Source of the DNA: Treponemataceae bacterium
Lineage (GTDB): Bacteria; Spirochaetota; Spirochaetia; Treponematales; Rectinemataceae
Reading direction: 5' to 3'
Assembly (NCBI GenBank): GCA_963667725.2
Contig: CAXXHO010000005.1
Location: 576,001 to 640,000 of the forward strand
Length of the DNA: 64,000 bases
Position 1 is the stretch's first letter. Each line of letters starts with the position of its first letter. This document shows, piece by piece, positions 9,830 through 20,098 of this stretch. Below the pieces are notes generated by a model. That model was given only the letters and a program-made list of their open reading frames with translations. It had not been told where the DNA came from and did not search any database. Made by a program: the position numbers and the translations under genes.

Positions 9830-10798
9830 GTGATAATCTGCTGCGGAGAAAATCTGATCGACATGGTGCCAATCGAAGGCGCCGACAATGCCGAACGAGC
9901 GCCGTACGGCGGCTTCCGTGTCGCCCCGGGCGGCTGTCCCTACAATAGCGCCATCGCGGCGGCTCGACTGGGCGCCGACGTGCAGTTCCTCGGCGCCATG
10001 GCTTCGGACTTTCTCGGCGACAAGCTCTATTCCAGGCTCGTCGAAAACAAGGTGGGCACGAAGCTGCTGATCCGTTCGCGGCGCCCCGTTACCCTCGCCT
10101 TTGTCGAGAAAAACTCAGGCGGCGAAGCGCGCTACGCTTTTTACGCCGAGGGAGCGGCCGACCGTTCCTTCTCCGCGGCCGACCTGCCGGCCGCGCTGCC
10201 GCCCGACGCGCATTTTCTCCTCGTCGGATCTATCTCCCTCGTCCTAGAGCCGGCGGCCGGCGCCATCGCTGCCCTTATCGAAAGAGAAAGGAACAGGCTC
10301 CTCGTCAGTCTCGATCCCAACATCAGGCCTTCGCTCATTCCGGACAGAAAAGCCTATCGCGAAAAATTCGAAGCCCTCTGCGGCGCCTGCGCCATTCTCA
10401 AGGCTTCGGATTCGGATATCGAATGGCTCTACGGTCCACTCCCCGAGGAAGAGATCGTTTCGCGTTTGCTGGATTTCGGACCCGAGGTCGTCTTCCTCAC
10501 GAAGGGCGAAAAAGGAAGCCTTGCGGCCACGAGGAGCGCCATAGCTTCGGTCGGGGCCTTTCCCGTTTCCGTGGCGGACACGATTGGCGCCGGGGATTCT
10601 TTCCACGCGGCCGTCCTCGCCGCGCTGGAAAGAAAAGGGATATGGAACCGGACTGGCCTGGCGGATTTGGAGGAAGACGATCTCAGGGCTTTGCTCCGTT
10701 TCGCGTCAGCGGCCGCGGCCATCAACTGCACGAGAGAGGGAGCCGACCCGCCCCGTCTGGATGAAATTGAGCGTTCGTACCCCGGCTGCGGCATATGA
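9830..10798 (+). CDS. PfkB-family carbohydrate kinase (fructokinase-like)
   Basis: GENLID, PGGCPYN, DPNIRP, DTIGAGDSF; GTG start inferred from GGAG RBS. Confidence 0.9.
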   Translation: MIICCGENLIDMVPIEGADNAERAPYGGFRVAPGGCPYNSAIAAARLGADVQFLGAMASDFLGDKLYSRLVENKVGTKLLIRSRRPVTLAFVEKNSGGEARYAFYAEGAADRSFSAADLPAALPPDAHFLLVGSISLVLEPAAGAIAALIERERNRLLVSLDPNIRPSLIPDRKAYREKFEALCGACAILKASDSDIEWLYGPLPEEEIVSRLLDFGPEVVFLTKGEKGSLAATRSAIASVGAFPVSVADTIGAGDSFHAAVLAALERKGIWNRTGLADLEEDDLRALLRFASAAAAINCTREGADPPRLDEIERSYPGCGI

Positions 10799-10835
10799 AC
10801 CTGGATTACCTGCAGCGCTTTTATAGGAGGCCAGC

Positions 10836-11270
10836 ATGCTTATCGGCATAAAATCCTGCATCTCGCCCGATCTCCTGTCCGTTCTTTTCAGGATGGGGCA
10901 CGGCGACGAAATTGTCCTGGCCGACGCCTTTTTTACTGGCGACGCCCTCAACGCGAGGGTGATCCGCGCCGACGGCATCAGGATTCCCGACTTGCTGGAC
11001 GGAATCCTGCGGCTCATCAACCTCGACAGCTATTCGGAATCGCCCATCGTCATGATGCAGCCGACGCCCGGCGACATCCTCGACACAAGCGTGGAAAAAA
11101 GCTACAGGGAAGTAGTTAACCGTTATTGGCCCGATACGCCCGCCTTCGCCCGCATGGAACGTTTCGCCTTCTACGAGCGGACGAAAAAAGCCTTTGCCGT
11201 CGTCATGACGGGAGAAACGGCCACGTACGGCAATATTATCCTAAAAAAAGGGGTAATTCCTGTCCGATGA
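10836..11270 (+). CDS. fucU: L-fucose mutarotase (FucU/RbsD family)
   Basis: MGHGDEIVLAD, ERFAFYE, TGETATYGNIILKKGV; near fucI. Confidence 0.88.
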   Translation: MLIGIKSCISPDLLSVLFRMGHGDEIVLADAFFTGDALNARVIRADGIRIPDLLDGILRLINLDSYSESPIVMMQPTPGDILDTSVEKSYREVVNRYWPDTPAFARMERFAFYERTKKAFAVVMTGETATYGNIILKKGVIPVR

Positions 11271-11334
11271 ACTATAGTAGATGAAGATCGATTCAGTGAA
11301 TGGAGGGGTGGTTTCGATGCAGTCTTTCGTCTTG

Positions 11335-11460
11335 GGAGGCATCGCCTCAGGAGGCATCGCCTCAGGAGGCATCGCCTCAGGAGGCATCGCCTCAGGAGGC
11401 ATCGCCTCAGGAGGCATCGCCTCAGGAGGCATCGCCTCAGGAGGCATCGCCTCAGGAGGC
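11335..11460. repeat. Perfect 15-bp tandem repeat (GGAGGCATCGCCTCA) x8 plus GGAGGC
   Basis: Read directly; last partial unit supplies the RBS of the LacI gene. Confidence 0.97.
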
Positions 11461-11465
11461 GCGGC

Positions 11466-12473
11466 GTGATTCATAAAAGCATCACGATACGCGACGTCGC
11501 GAAGCATGCCATGGTCTCCACGGCCACCGTTTCGCGCGTGCTCAACAACGACGACAAGGTGACCGCCGCCACGAGGGACAAGGTGCACAAGGCGATGGCG
11601 GCCTTGGGCTACAAGGTCAATTTCGTGGCGAGGAGCCTCAAGACCTCGAGGACGAAGACGATCGGCATCATGGCGCCAGACCTCTCGGGCGATTTTTTCA
11701 TGTATATCGCCGAAAGCATGGACAAGGAACTTTCCGCGCATGGCTACTCCCTCGTCGTCAGCCTCTCCCACGATTCAGCCGAGGAGGAAGCCAAGCGGCT
11801 GCGCCACCTCGCGGAGCGTCTCGTGGACGGGATCGTGATGATTCCGGCCACCGACAAGGGCGCCCATTTCGCTTTCCTGAAAGACTACGACATTCCGGTG
11901 GTCTTCGTGGACCGCACGGTCAACGACATGGACGCCGATTCCGTCCTTACGGAGAACGAGGAAGGCGCCTTTGAGGCGACGAAAGCGCTTATCGACGACG
12001 GCTATTCCCGCATAGGCTTCATCGGCGGCAAGCCCGAAATATCGACGTCGATCGAACGTTATGCGGGATATAAAAGAGCCATGGAGTCATCGGGACTTGT
12101 CATAGAACCGGAGTTCGTGCGTTTCGGCCCACCGACACTGCCCTTCGGCTACCATGCCATGGAAGAAATGATGAAGAGGGACGATTCGCCGGACGCGTGG
12201 TTCCTCGTCAACGCCTTCACGCATATAGGCGCGACGAATTATCTCATTAGCGAGGGGAAGGCGAAGGCGCAGCGGATCGTCATTTCAGCCTTCGACGAAA
12301 TGCCGTACTCACCTCTGCTCCGCTATTGTCGTTATGCGATTCAGCAGCCGATCGCCGAGCTGGGCAAGACGGCGGCGCGGCTCATCCTAAAGCGCATAAT
12401 GGAGCCGGAGACGCTGGAAACACAGGTCGTCAGGCTCAAGACGCGGCTCATACGGCACGTGTATAAACCATAG
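11466..12473 (+). CDS. LacI-family transcriptional regulator
   Basis: ITIRDVAKHAMVSTATVSRVLN HTH, ARSL hinge, sugar-binding domain; GTG start. Confidence 0.95.
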   Translation: MIHKSITIRDVAKHAMVSTATVSRVLNNDDKVTAATRDKVHKAMAALGYKVNFVARSLKTSRTKTIGIMAPDLSGDFFMYIAESMDKELSAHGYSLVVSLSHDSAEEEAKRLRHLAERLVDGIVMIPATDKGAHFAFLKDYDIPVVFVDRTVNDMDADSVLTENEEGAFEATKALIDDGYSRIGFIGGKPEISTSIERYAGYKRAMESSGLVIEPEFVRFGPPTLPFGYHAMEEMMKRDDSPDAWFLVNAFTHIGATNYLISEGKAKAQRIVISAFDEMPYSPLLRYCRYAIQQPIAELGKTAARLILKRIMEPETLETQVVRLKTRLIRHVYKP

Positions 12474-12526
12474 ACAATGAACACGGGGCCATGGCCCCCA
12501 TAAAGCTATAAATCGGGAGGATCCAT

Positions 12527-14335
12527 ATGTCAGATTTTAAAACACAGTCGCCAACGATGAGATTGCAAGGAAGCCTGCCCAAGATCGGCATCAGGCCCGT
12601 CATCGACGGCCGCCGCCGCGGCGTGCGGGAAAGCCTTGAAGAGGTGACGATGGGCATGGCGGCGGCGGCTTCCAAGCTCATATCCGAAAACCTCAGGCAC
12701 GCTTCAGGCCAGGGCGTCGAATGCGTCATCGCCGATACGACGATAGGCGGCGTCGCCGAGGCGGCGGCCTGTCAGGCCAAGTTCGAGCGCGAAGGCGTAG
12801 CGGTCACCCTGACCGTGACGCCCTGCTGGTGCTACGGCTCCGAAACGATGGACATGGACGCGACCACCATCAAGGCCGTCTGGGGCTTCAACGGCACGGA
12901 CAGGCCCGGCGCCGTCTACCTCGCCGCCGTCCTCGCCGCCCACAGCCAGAAAGGCCTCCCGGCCTTCGGCATCTACGGCCACGACGTGAAGGACATGGCC
13001 GACATCGAGACGATTCCCGCCGACGTGGCCGAGAAGATCTTGCGTTTCGCGCGCGCCGGCATCGCGGCCGCCACCATGCGCGGCAAGAGCTACCTTTCTG
13101 TGGGCTCCGTGTCCATGGGCATAGCCGGCTCGACCGTCGACCCCGATTTCTTCCAGGAATACCTGGGCATGAGGAACGAATTTGTCGACATGAGCGAGAT
13201 CACGCGCCGGCTCGAGGAAAAGATCTACTCCGAAGCCGAGTACAAACGCGCCCTCGCCTGGACCAAGGAATTCTGCAAGGAAGGCCCCGACAACAACCCG
13301 CCCGAACAGCAGCACTCCCGCGCGCGCAAAGACAAGGTCTGGGAAACCTGCGTGAAGATGACCCTCATCATGCGGGACCTCATGGTGGGCAATCCTGATC
13401 TCCGCAGGAAAGGCCTCGACGAGGAGGCGCTGGGACACAACGCCATCGCTGGCGGCTTCCAGGGCCAGCGCCACTGGAACGACCACTCCCCGAACGGCGA
13501 CTTCCTGGAGACAATCCTCAACTCCAGCTTTGAATGGAACGGCATCCGCGAACCTTATATCGTCGCCACCGAGAACGATTCGCTCAACGGCGCGGCCATG
13601 CTTTTCGGCCACCTTCTGACGGGCGAGGCGCAGATCTTCTCCGACGTGCGCACCTACTGGAGCCCCGAGGCTGTCGAACGCGTGACCGGCTGGAAGCCCG
13701 GAGGCCTCGCCGCCAACGGCTTCATCCACCTCATCAACTCGGGCGCCACGACGATGGACGGCACGGGCGCCCAACGCGACGCCGCGGGCAAGCCCGTGAT
13801 GAAACGCTGGTGGGAAGTGACCGACAAGGACGCGAAGGCCTGCCTCAAGGCGACCAGCTGGCGTTACGCCAGCCTCGGCTATTTCCGCGGCGGCGGCTAC
13901 TCATCCGACTTCCTCACCGAGGGCGGCATGCCCGTCACGATGATGCGCGTCAACCTTGTAAAAGGCCTCGGGCCGATGCTCCAGATCGCGGAAGGCTTCA
14001 CGGCCACCCTGCCCGAATCCGTGCACGAAAAGCTCGACCTGAGGACGGATCCTACTTGGCCGACCACCTGGTTCGCGCCCAGCCTCACCGGCGAAGGCCC
14101 CTTCAAGGACGTCTACTCCGTCATGGCAGCCTGGGGAGCCAACCACGGCGCCATCTCCTACGGACACATCGGCGCCGACCTGATCACCCTCGCCTCGATA
14201 TTGCGCATTCCCGTCTGCATGCACAACGTCTCCGAGGACAGGATTTTCAGGCCGAGCTACTGGAAAGCCTTCGGCATGGACCCGGAAGGCTCAGATTACA
14301 GGGCCTGCGCCGCGCTGGGACCTCTGTACAAATAG
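12527..14335 (+). CDS. fucI: L-fucose isomerase
   Basis: [47 protein letters not shown]. Confidence 0.97.
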   Translation: MSDFKTQSPTMRLQGSLPKIGIRPVIDGRRRGVRESLEEVTMGMAAAASKLISENLRHASGQGVECVIADTTIGGVAEAAACQAKFEREGVAVTLTVTPCWCYGSETMDMDATTIKAVWGFNGTDRPGAVYLAAVLAAHSQKGLPAFGIYGHDVKDMADIETIPADVAEKILRFARAGIAAATMRGKSYLSVGSVSMGIAGSTVDPDFFQEYLGMRNEFVDMSEITRRLEEKIYSEAEYKRALAWTKEFCKEGPDNNPPEQQHSRARKDKVWETCVKMTLIMRDLMVGNPDLRRKGLDEEALGHNAIAGGFQGQRHWNDHSPNGDFLETILNSSFEWNGIREPYIVATENDSLNGAAMLFGHLLTGEAQIFSDVRTYWSPEAVERVTGWKPGGLAANGFIHLINSGATTMDGTGAQRDAAGKPVMKRWWEVTDKDAKACLKATSWRYASLGYFRGGGYSSDFLTEGGMPVTMMRVNLVKGLGPMLQIAEGFTATLPESVHEKLDLRTDPTWPTTWFAPSLTGEGPFKDVYSVMAAWGANHGAISYGHIGADLITLASILRIPVCMHNVSEDRIFRPSYWKAFGMDPEGSDYRACAALGPLYK

Positions 14336-14366
14336 GGCTTGCAGCGCCGCTTCGGCGGGTAAGGAT

Positions 14367-14404
14367 AAAAAAGGTTGCCAGCATATGCCGGCAACCTTTT
14401 TTTT
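14367..14404. terminator. Bidirectional intrinsic terminator
   Basis: A6-GGTTGCC...GGCAACC-T8 between convergent fucI and alcohol dehydrogenase genes. Confidence 0.88.
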
Positions 14405-14437
14405 CGCGAATTTTAGCGAAGGAGGCGGCGAGCGCCC

Positions 14438-15610
14438 TTATTCCGCCAGGCGATAGATCTTCTCGATGTCGACGCTCGTCAGCTTCACGAATTGACCGGT
14501 GGTATGCCTGTCGCCGTCGGTGCATTTTTTCGCCATCTCGGCGACTCGGTCGACGCCGATGCCGAGGCCAGAGAGGCGGACCGCCTGGCCAATGCTCTTC
14601 CAGAAGGCTTCGAGGCGGGCGATCCCTTCCCGGGCGACCGCTTCCTTGTCGAGATAGTCCGGTTCGACTCCCCAGACGCGGACGGCGAACTGGGCGAAGC
14701 GGGCTATGTCATGCGAAAGGTTATACTTCATCCAGGCGGGGAAGATGACGGCGAGGCCGGCTCCGTGGGCGATGTCGTAGAGACCAGAGAGCTCATGCTC
14801 GATGTCGTGGGAGGCCCAGTCGCCCATGCGCCCGCGGTCGAGAAGATTGTTGTGGGCAATGGATCCGGCCCACATCACTTCGGCCCAGGCGTCGTAGTCG
14901 GTCCTGTCCGCCATCACGCGGGGGGCGGCGGCGATCACCGTGCGTAGGGTCGCCTCGATGAGGCGGTCGGAGAACTCGACATGGGTGACGTTGGTGAAGT
15001 ACCGCTCCATCAGGTGGGCCATGATGTCGGTGACGCCATTGGCGATCTGGCTGGGCGGCAGGGTGAAGGCGAGTTCGGGATTGAGCACTGAAAAACGCGG
15101 AACGATGCAATCCGCGTTCACCGCCCTTTTAAGGGCGCCTTCTTCGTTGGTTATGACGCTTCCGGTGCTGGATTCGCTTCCCGCGGCGGGGATGGTGAGC
15201 ACGGTCGCGACGGGGAGGGCTTTTTCCGGATTGGGAGCCGCCCCGGTGTAGAAATCCCAGACGTCGCCCTGATAATGGAATCCGATGGCTATCGCCTTGG
15301 CCGAATCGATGACGGAGCCGCCGCCCACGGCCAGGATGATGCCGACATTCTCGGCCCTGCAAAGCGCCACGCCCTCGCGTACCAGGCTGATGACGGGATT
15401 GGGCTTGACGCCGCCCAGTTCCACCCATTCGACGCCGGCTTTCTTCAGCGAGGCGCGCACGCGGCCGAGGAGACCGGATTTCTCCGCGCTCGATCCGCCA
15501 TAATGGAGGAGGGCCTTGCGGGAGTAGAGCGCCGCTTCCGCGCCCACCTCGCTTTCCATCCCTCGCCCGAAAAATATCTTGGTCGGCAGCTGAAATACGA
15601 AATTATCCAT
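14438..15610 (-). CDS. Iron-containing alcohol dehydrogenase (butanol dehydrogenase-like)
   Basis: GGVKPNP, AVGGGSVIDSAK, TIPAAGSE, DIMAHLMERYF, HDIEHELS, IAHGAGLA. Confidence 0.92.
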   Translation of the reverse strand: MDNFVFQLPTKIFFGRGMESEVGAEAALYSRKALLHYGGSSAEKSGLLGRVRASLKKAGVEWVELGGVKPNPVISLVREGVALCRAENVGIILAVGGGSVIDSAKAIAIGFHYQGDVWDFYTGAAPNPEKALPVATVLTIPAAGSESSTGSVITNEEGALKRAVNADCIVPRFSVLNPELAFTLPPSQIANGVTDIMAHLMERYFTNVTHVEFSDRLIEATLRTVIAAAPRVMADRTDYDAWAEVMWAGSIAHNNLLDRGRMGDWASHDIEHELSGLYDIAHGAGLAVIFPAWMKYNLSHDIARFAQFAVRVWGVEPDYLDKEAVAREGIARLEAFWKSIGQAVRLSGLGIGVDRVAEMAKKCTDGDRHTTGQFVKLTSVDIEKIYRLAE

Positions 15611-15752
15611 GGTTGATCTCCTACCGCGGCCCATCGAGGCAACTTTACGGTAAACGCAAGTATAGCTCAGGAAATCGGCCTTGTCAGCAAACATGCCTTC
15701 TATTGACAGGAGAGAGGGACGGCCCTATTGTTTTTCGGGAAAGGAAGTCCAC

Positions 15753-16682
15753 ATGCCGAAGAAGTACCTCACCGTCTGCCTCAATCCCGTGATCCAGAAA
15801 ACCCTCGTGTTCGGCCGACTCGAACTGGACCATGTGAACAGGGCGAACATCGCACGCACCGACGCGTCGGGCAAGGGCGTCAACGTCGCGCGCGTCCTCT
15901 CCCAGCTCGGCGCCCAAGCCGTCCACCTCACGCACGCGGGAGGGCCGAACCGCGAATGGTTCCTCTCCCTCTGCGCCGCCGACGGACTCTCCGTCGAGTG
16001 GGCGGATTCGGGCTCGGAAGTGCGCATCTGCGCGACGGTGATCGATTCGGAGGCCAAGTCGGCTACCGAGCTCGTCGAGGAAGCCGCGGCCGTCCAAGAA
16101 GGGACCGAAGCGCGGCTTTTGGCCCTCTTCGACAGCCTGCTTCCTTCCTTCGATGTCCTCGTCATATCGGGGACGAAGGCCGCCGGCTATTCGGATGCCA
16201 TGATTCCCACGATGGCGAAGCGCGCCTCTGGGCGCGGCCTGACCATCTTCCTCGATATCAAGGGCAAAGATCTCGTCACCAGCCTGCCTTCCCGCCCCAC
16301 CGTCGTAAAGCCCAATCTGAGCGAATTCCTCGCCACCTTTCCCGCGCAGGGCGGCGCCGGCGAGGCCGCCCTGCGAGCCCATGTCCACGACTACGCGAAA
16401 TCATGGAAGGAACGATACGGCACCGACCTCATCGTCACGCGCGGCACCGCGCCTATCTGGTTCGAGGAAGGAGGCCGCGCCGCCGAAGAGCCGACCCGAA
16501 GCGTCCAGGCCATCAACCCCACCGGTTCGGGCGATGCCTTTACGGCAGGCCTCGCCTATGTCCTCTCCGAAGGCGGAAGTCTGCGCGAAGCTATCCGTGA
16601 AGGCGCGCGACTGGGAGCGCTCAACGCGACGAACCTCAAACCTGGCTCGATTCTCCGGCAAGAGGGGCAATCTCTTCCCTGA
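15753..16682 (+). CDS. 1-phosphofructokinase/tagatose-6-phosphate kinase-type PfkB kinase
   Basis: TVCLNP, SGKGVNVARVL, VKPNLSE, NPTGSGDAF. Confidence 0.88.
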   Translation: MPKKYLTVCLNPVIQKTLVFGRLELDHVNRANIARTDASGKGVNVARVLSQLGAQAVHLTHAGGPNREWFLSLCAADGLSVEWADSGSEVRICATVIDSEAKSATELVEEAAAVQEGTEARLLALFDSLLPSFDVLVISGTKAAGYSDAMIPTMAKRASGRGLTIFLDIKGKDLVTSLPSRPTVVKPNLSEFLATFPAQGGAGEAALRAHVHDYAKSWKERYGTDLIVTRGTAPIWFEEGGRAAEEPTRSVQAINPTGSGDAFTAGLAYVLSEGGSLREAIREGARLGALNATNLKPGSILRQEGQSLP

Positions 16683-17208
16683 TCCAGCCGAGAGCGGCTT
16701 CCACCTGGCGCAGCCGGAAGGCCGCGGAAAGCGCTTCGATCTCGTCAAAACGTATCCCTTCCCTTCGCGCCGCCTTTAGCCTGTTTATTTCCGTGGAAAG
16801 GGTGCCAGTCTGGTCGGCCACCATCCGGGCCATGTTGTCGGGACAGAGACCGCGGGCGAAATACAGCCTTGTAGTGAATTCGAGGTGCAGCAACCGCGGG
16901 CTGGAAGCCGTCGGTTCCATGATCCATTCATCGAAGCGGCGCTGTCCGGCTGGAGTCAGGGAGAGGAGGCGGCGTGACGTGCCTTCGCCTTTCCGCGGGG
17001 CCAAACCTGTCACCAAACCATGCTTTTCGGCTCGCTTGAGAATGGCGTAGAACTGGCTCTCGCTGATATGCCAGAGCCGGTCGAGCGAGGTCTCGAATCT
17101 GCGAAAAAGTTCGTATCCATGCGAAGATCCCTGCGCCAGAAGGCCGAGAGCCAAAAATTCCGGCCTCAGTTCCGATATGCGCTGTAGTTCATCATCTCTG
17201 TCATTCAC
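16636..17208 (-). CDS. PadR-family transcriptional regulator
   Basis: LGLLAQGSSHGYEL, WHISESQFYAILKR, LTPAGQ..F..W winged helix plus helical C-terminal domain. Confidence 0.85.
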   Translation of the reverse strand: MNDRDDELQRISELRPEFLALGLLAQGSSHGYELFRRFETSLDRLWHISESQFYAILKRAEKHGLVTGLAPRKGEGTSRRLLSLTPAGQRRFDEWIMEPTASSPRLLHLEFTTRLYFARGLCPDNMARMVADQTGTLSTEINRLKAARREGIRFDEIEALSAAFRLRQVEAALGWIREEIAPLAGESSQV

Positions 17209-17272
17209 GTGCTATATGTAAGAATCGCGATCGCGCATTGTCAAGTGGCGCTGTATTTTTAGGCGTTTTCAC

Positions 17273-17321
17273 TTGACGGCGAGCTTTCCTCAAGCTATTA
17301 CTCACTCAGTGAGTAATAGCT
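17273..17321 (+). promoter_or_regulatory. Selenium operon promoter with perfect 14-1-14 operator
   Basis: TTGACG at 17273; AGCTATTACTCACT-C-AGTGAGTAATAGCT at 17293..17321 covering the expected -10 region. Confidence 0.78.
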
Positions 17322-17361
17322 CTTTCCTTGAATTACTATCGTTGTAAGCAAAGGAGACCGC

Positions 17362-18432
17362 ATGAGCAATGATGTTATCCATGCGATAGCGGCCTGCGCG
17401 GATTCCGTCGTCGTAGCCACAGTAACGGGGCTCAAGGGCTCCGCCCCGCGGCACTCAGGCACGATGATGCTTTTCCGGCCCGACGGCAGCGCGGCGGGCA
17501 GCGTCGGTGGCGGCATCGTGGAACTCAAGGCCGCGGCGGCTGCCATAACCGCCTTCGAGCGGCGCCAGTCTTTCGGGATCGGCATCGATATGATCGGGAT
17601 GGAAGCGACCGGCAGCGAAGCAATATGCGGCGGGGAAGTCGAACTCACCATAGAATACGTCGCCGATACAGGCCTCTATGCCGCGGCGGACAGGCAACTC
17701 GAAAAGGGCTCGGGGATCATTCTCGTCGGCGAGCCAGTACAGCCGGGACAATCGAGGGAAGGCGGCTGCCTGCGCGCGGTGCTCGACCCATCGGGGAATA
17801 CCGTCGCGGGGGAATTACCGGAGAGCGTCCGCGGGAAGGTTGCGGCGATGGCCGCCGCAGCCTCGGCGAACGGCTTCGCAGCTTCCTCATCGGGCTGTTT
17901 TTTCAGCTTCATCCAGCCGGCAGATAAGCTCCTCATTCTCGGAGGAGGCCATGTCGGGCTGGCCATCGCCCGTTTCGCGGCCGAACTGGACTTCCTCGTG
18001 ACCGTCGTCGATCACCGCCCGGAATTCGCCGCGGCGGAACGTTTCCCGGAAAAAGTGCTGACGCGCTGCGGCGATTACCTCGACATCGTCGATCAGTTCC
18101 TCTTCGGCGATTCCACCTATATCGTCATCGCGACGCCGAGCCACCAGTTCGACCTTGAATGCGTGCGGGCCATTCTGGGAAAACGATACCGCTACGCGGG
18201 CTTCGTCGGTTCGCGGAGAAAGACGAAGATGGTCCTCGAAACCCTCATCGGCGAGGGCTTCGACAGGAACGAAGTCATCTCGCTTCGCGCCCCCATCGGA
18301 GCCAACATAGGCGCCCAGACGCCGGCTGAAATCGCCGTCTCGATACTGGCCGAAATCATCGCGGCGCGAAGAGGTTCGCCTGCCCTCGCCGCGATGGACG
18401 CGGATCGAATCCGTCGGAGGGCGGAGGTCTGA
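17362..18432 (+). CDS. XdhC/CoxI-family molybdoenzyme maturation factor
   Basis: GSAPRHSG, GSVGGG, ICGG, LGGGHVG, FVGSRRK, APIGANIGAQTPAEIAVSILAEI. Confidence 0.9.
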   Translation: MSNDVIHAIAACADSVVVATVTGLKGSAPRHSGTMMLFRPDGSAAGSVGGGIVELKAAAAAITAFERRQSFGIGIDMIGMEATGSEAICGGEVELTIEYVADTGLYAAADRQLEKGSGIILVGEPVQPGQSREGGCLRAVLDPSGNTVAGELPESVRGKVAAMAAAASANGFAASSSGCFFSFIQPADKLLILGGGHVGLAIARFAAELDFLVTVVDHRPEFAAAERFPEKVLTRCGDYLDIVDQFLFGDSTYIVIATPSHQFDLECVRAILGKRYRYAGFVGSRRKTKMVLETLIGEGFDRNEVISLRAPIGANIGAQTPAEIAVSILAEIIAARRGSPALAAMDADRIRRRAEV

Positions 18433-19280
18433 TGGACCTCGCCGGCGCGCTCGACATAGGGGAAAGGGATGGCCGGATTCCCTTGATCGCGGCTTTTGTG
18501 GGAGCCGGAGGCAAGACGAGCGCGATATTCGCCCTTGCGGACGCTGCCGCCGACTTCGGCGTGACCATCACGACGACCACCCATATCAGGGATCCGAGGC
18601 TCGAGAAGGGCAGGCGCTTCGGCCGCGTCCTCATCGATCCGGAACTGGCTGAGCCGCAGGCGCTGCTGTGGCGGATTTCTTCGATGTCGCCCCACCGCTT
18701 CGCTTCAATGAGAGGAGCCCCTCCCCTCATCGTCGCGTCGGGCGTGATCGCGGAAGAAGGAAAACTTGTCGGCATCCACCCGGAAAGGGCCGATGAGATA
18801 GCCGCCCAATGCGACATTCTCCTCGTCGAGGCCGACGGGTCCAGGGGGCGCCCCATCAAGGCGCCGGGCGCTCACGAACCCGTCATTCCCCCTCGCTCGG
18901 CCATCGTCGTGGGCCTCGTCGGCCTCGACTGCCTTGGCGCGCCATTGTGCGCGGCGACGGCCCACAGGCCCGAACTGCTGGCGAGCCTCACGGGATGCGC
19001 CGAAGGGGAGACTATCGAGGCAGGGCATATAGCCGCCCTCATCCGGTCTCCCGACGGGCTCTTCGGCCACTGTCCACCGGGAAGCCGGCATGTCGTACTT
19101 CTAAATAAGGCTGAGCTGCTTTCGCCTGGGCGGATTTTCGCCCTGCTCGACCTGATTCGACATGATCCAGGCAGAGCCGATCGCGTCGTCGTATGCTCCC
19201 TCGCGGAGCGGAAGATCTTTGAGATACTGGAACTGTCGGGTACGGGCTCGAAAAATCAGAAAGGAGGGGTCGGTCTATGA
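18432..19280 (+). CDS. yqeC: Selenium cofactor biosynthesis protein YqeC
   Basis: VGAGGKTS, ITTTTHI, LVEADGSRGRPIKAPGAHEPVIP, LLNKA. Confidence 0.9.
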   Translation: MDLAGALDIGERDGRIPLIAAFVGAGGKTSAIFALADAAADFGVTITTTTHIRDPRLEKGRRFGRVLIDPELAEPQALLWRISSMSPHRFASMRGAPPLIVASGVIAEEGKLVGIHPERADEIAAQCDILLVEADGSRGRPIKAPGAHEPVIPPRSAIVVGLVGLDCLGAPLCAATAHRPELLASLTGCAEGETIEAGHIAALIRSPDGLFGHCPPGSRHVVLLNKAELLSPGRIFALLDLIRHDPGRADRVVVCSLAERKIFEILELSGTGSKNQKGGVGL

Positions 19281-20098
19281 GTACGCAAGTCAGATCGCTC
19301 ATTCTCGTCCGCGGCGCGGGCGACCTCGCGACAGGGACCATAGCCCGTCTATCTTCGGCGGGATTTCTCGTCGCCGCCCTCGAAATCGGCAGGCCAACGG
19401 CCATCCGGCGCAGCGTCGCCCTTTCCGAATGCATGTACGACGGCGCAGCCAGGGTAGAGGGGATCAGTGCCGTGCGCGTATTCAACCCCGGGGAACTGAT
19501 CGCGAAGGCGGCGCCTGGCATCGTGCCTATTCTCGAGGATCCCCGTTGCGCGTCGCTGCGGGAGATCGCCCCCATGGCCCTCGTGGACGCCATTCTCGCC
19601 AAGAGAAATCTCGGGACGCGAAAAGACATGGCGCCCATCGTCATCGCCCTCGGTCCCGGCTTCGAGGCGGGCATCGACGCCCATGCCGTCATCGAGACAA
19701 ATCGCGGCCACGATCTGGGGCGCCTCATCCTTTCGGGTTCCGCGGAACCCGATACCGGCTGCCCGGGCCTCATCGGCGGCTATGGCGCCGAGCGTGTGGT
19801 CAAGGCGCCCATAGCCGGCGTCGTGAAACTCCTGCGCGACATCGGCGATCTCGTCGAAAAGGGCGAAGCCCTTCTCGCCGTCGAGGCCGGCGGTGAAAAA
19901 GTCGAGGTGCTTTCCCCGCTCAAGGGCGTGGTCCGCGGGATCATCAGATCGGGAAGCGAGGTATCGGCCAGGATGAAGATCGCTGACGTGGACCCGCGCG
20001 GCGTCGTGGAAAGCTGCCGATCCATCTCAGACAAGGCGAGGGCCATAGGCGGAGGCGTCCTCGAGGCCGTCATGCGTTTCGGGGGACGTCCGTTATGA
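19277..20098 (+). CDS. yqeB: Selenium-dependent molybdenum hydroxylase system protein YqeB
   Basis: VRGAGDLATG, PTAIRRSV, DAILAKRNLGT, ETNRGHDLGR, DVDPR, SDKARAIGGGVLEA. Confidence 0.93.
   Translation: MSTQVRSLILVRGAGDLATGTIARLSSAGFLVAALEIGRPTAIRRSVALSECMYDGAARVEGISAVRVFNPGELIAKAAPGIVPILEDPRCASLREIAPMALVDAILAKRNLGTRKDMAPIVIALGPGFEAGIDAHAVIETNRGHDLGRLILSGSAEPDTGCPGLIGGYGAERVVKAPIAGVVKLLRDIGDLVEKGEALLAVEAGGEKVEVLSPLKGVVRGIIRSGSEVSARMKIADVDPRGVVESCRSISDKARAIGGGVLEAVMRFGGRPL

Noticed and set aside
11335..11460. Tandem repeat as a CRISPR array
   Set aside because: Units are 15 bp, head to tail, with no spacers and no cas genes
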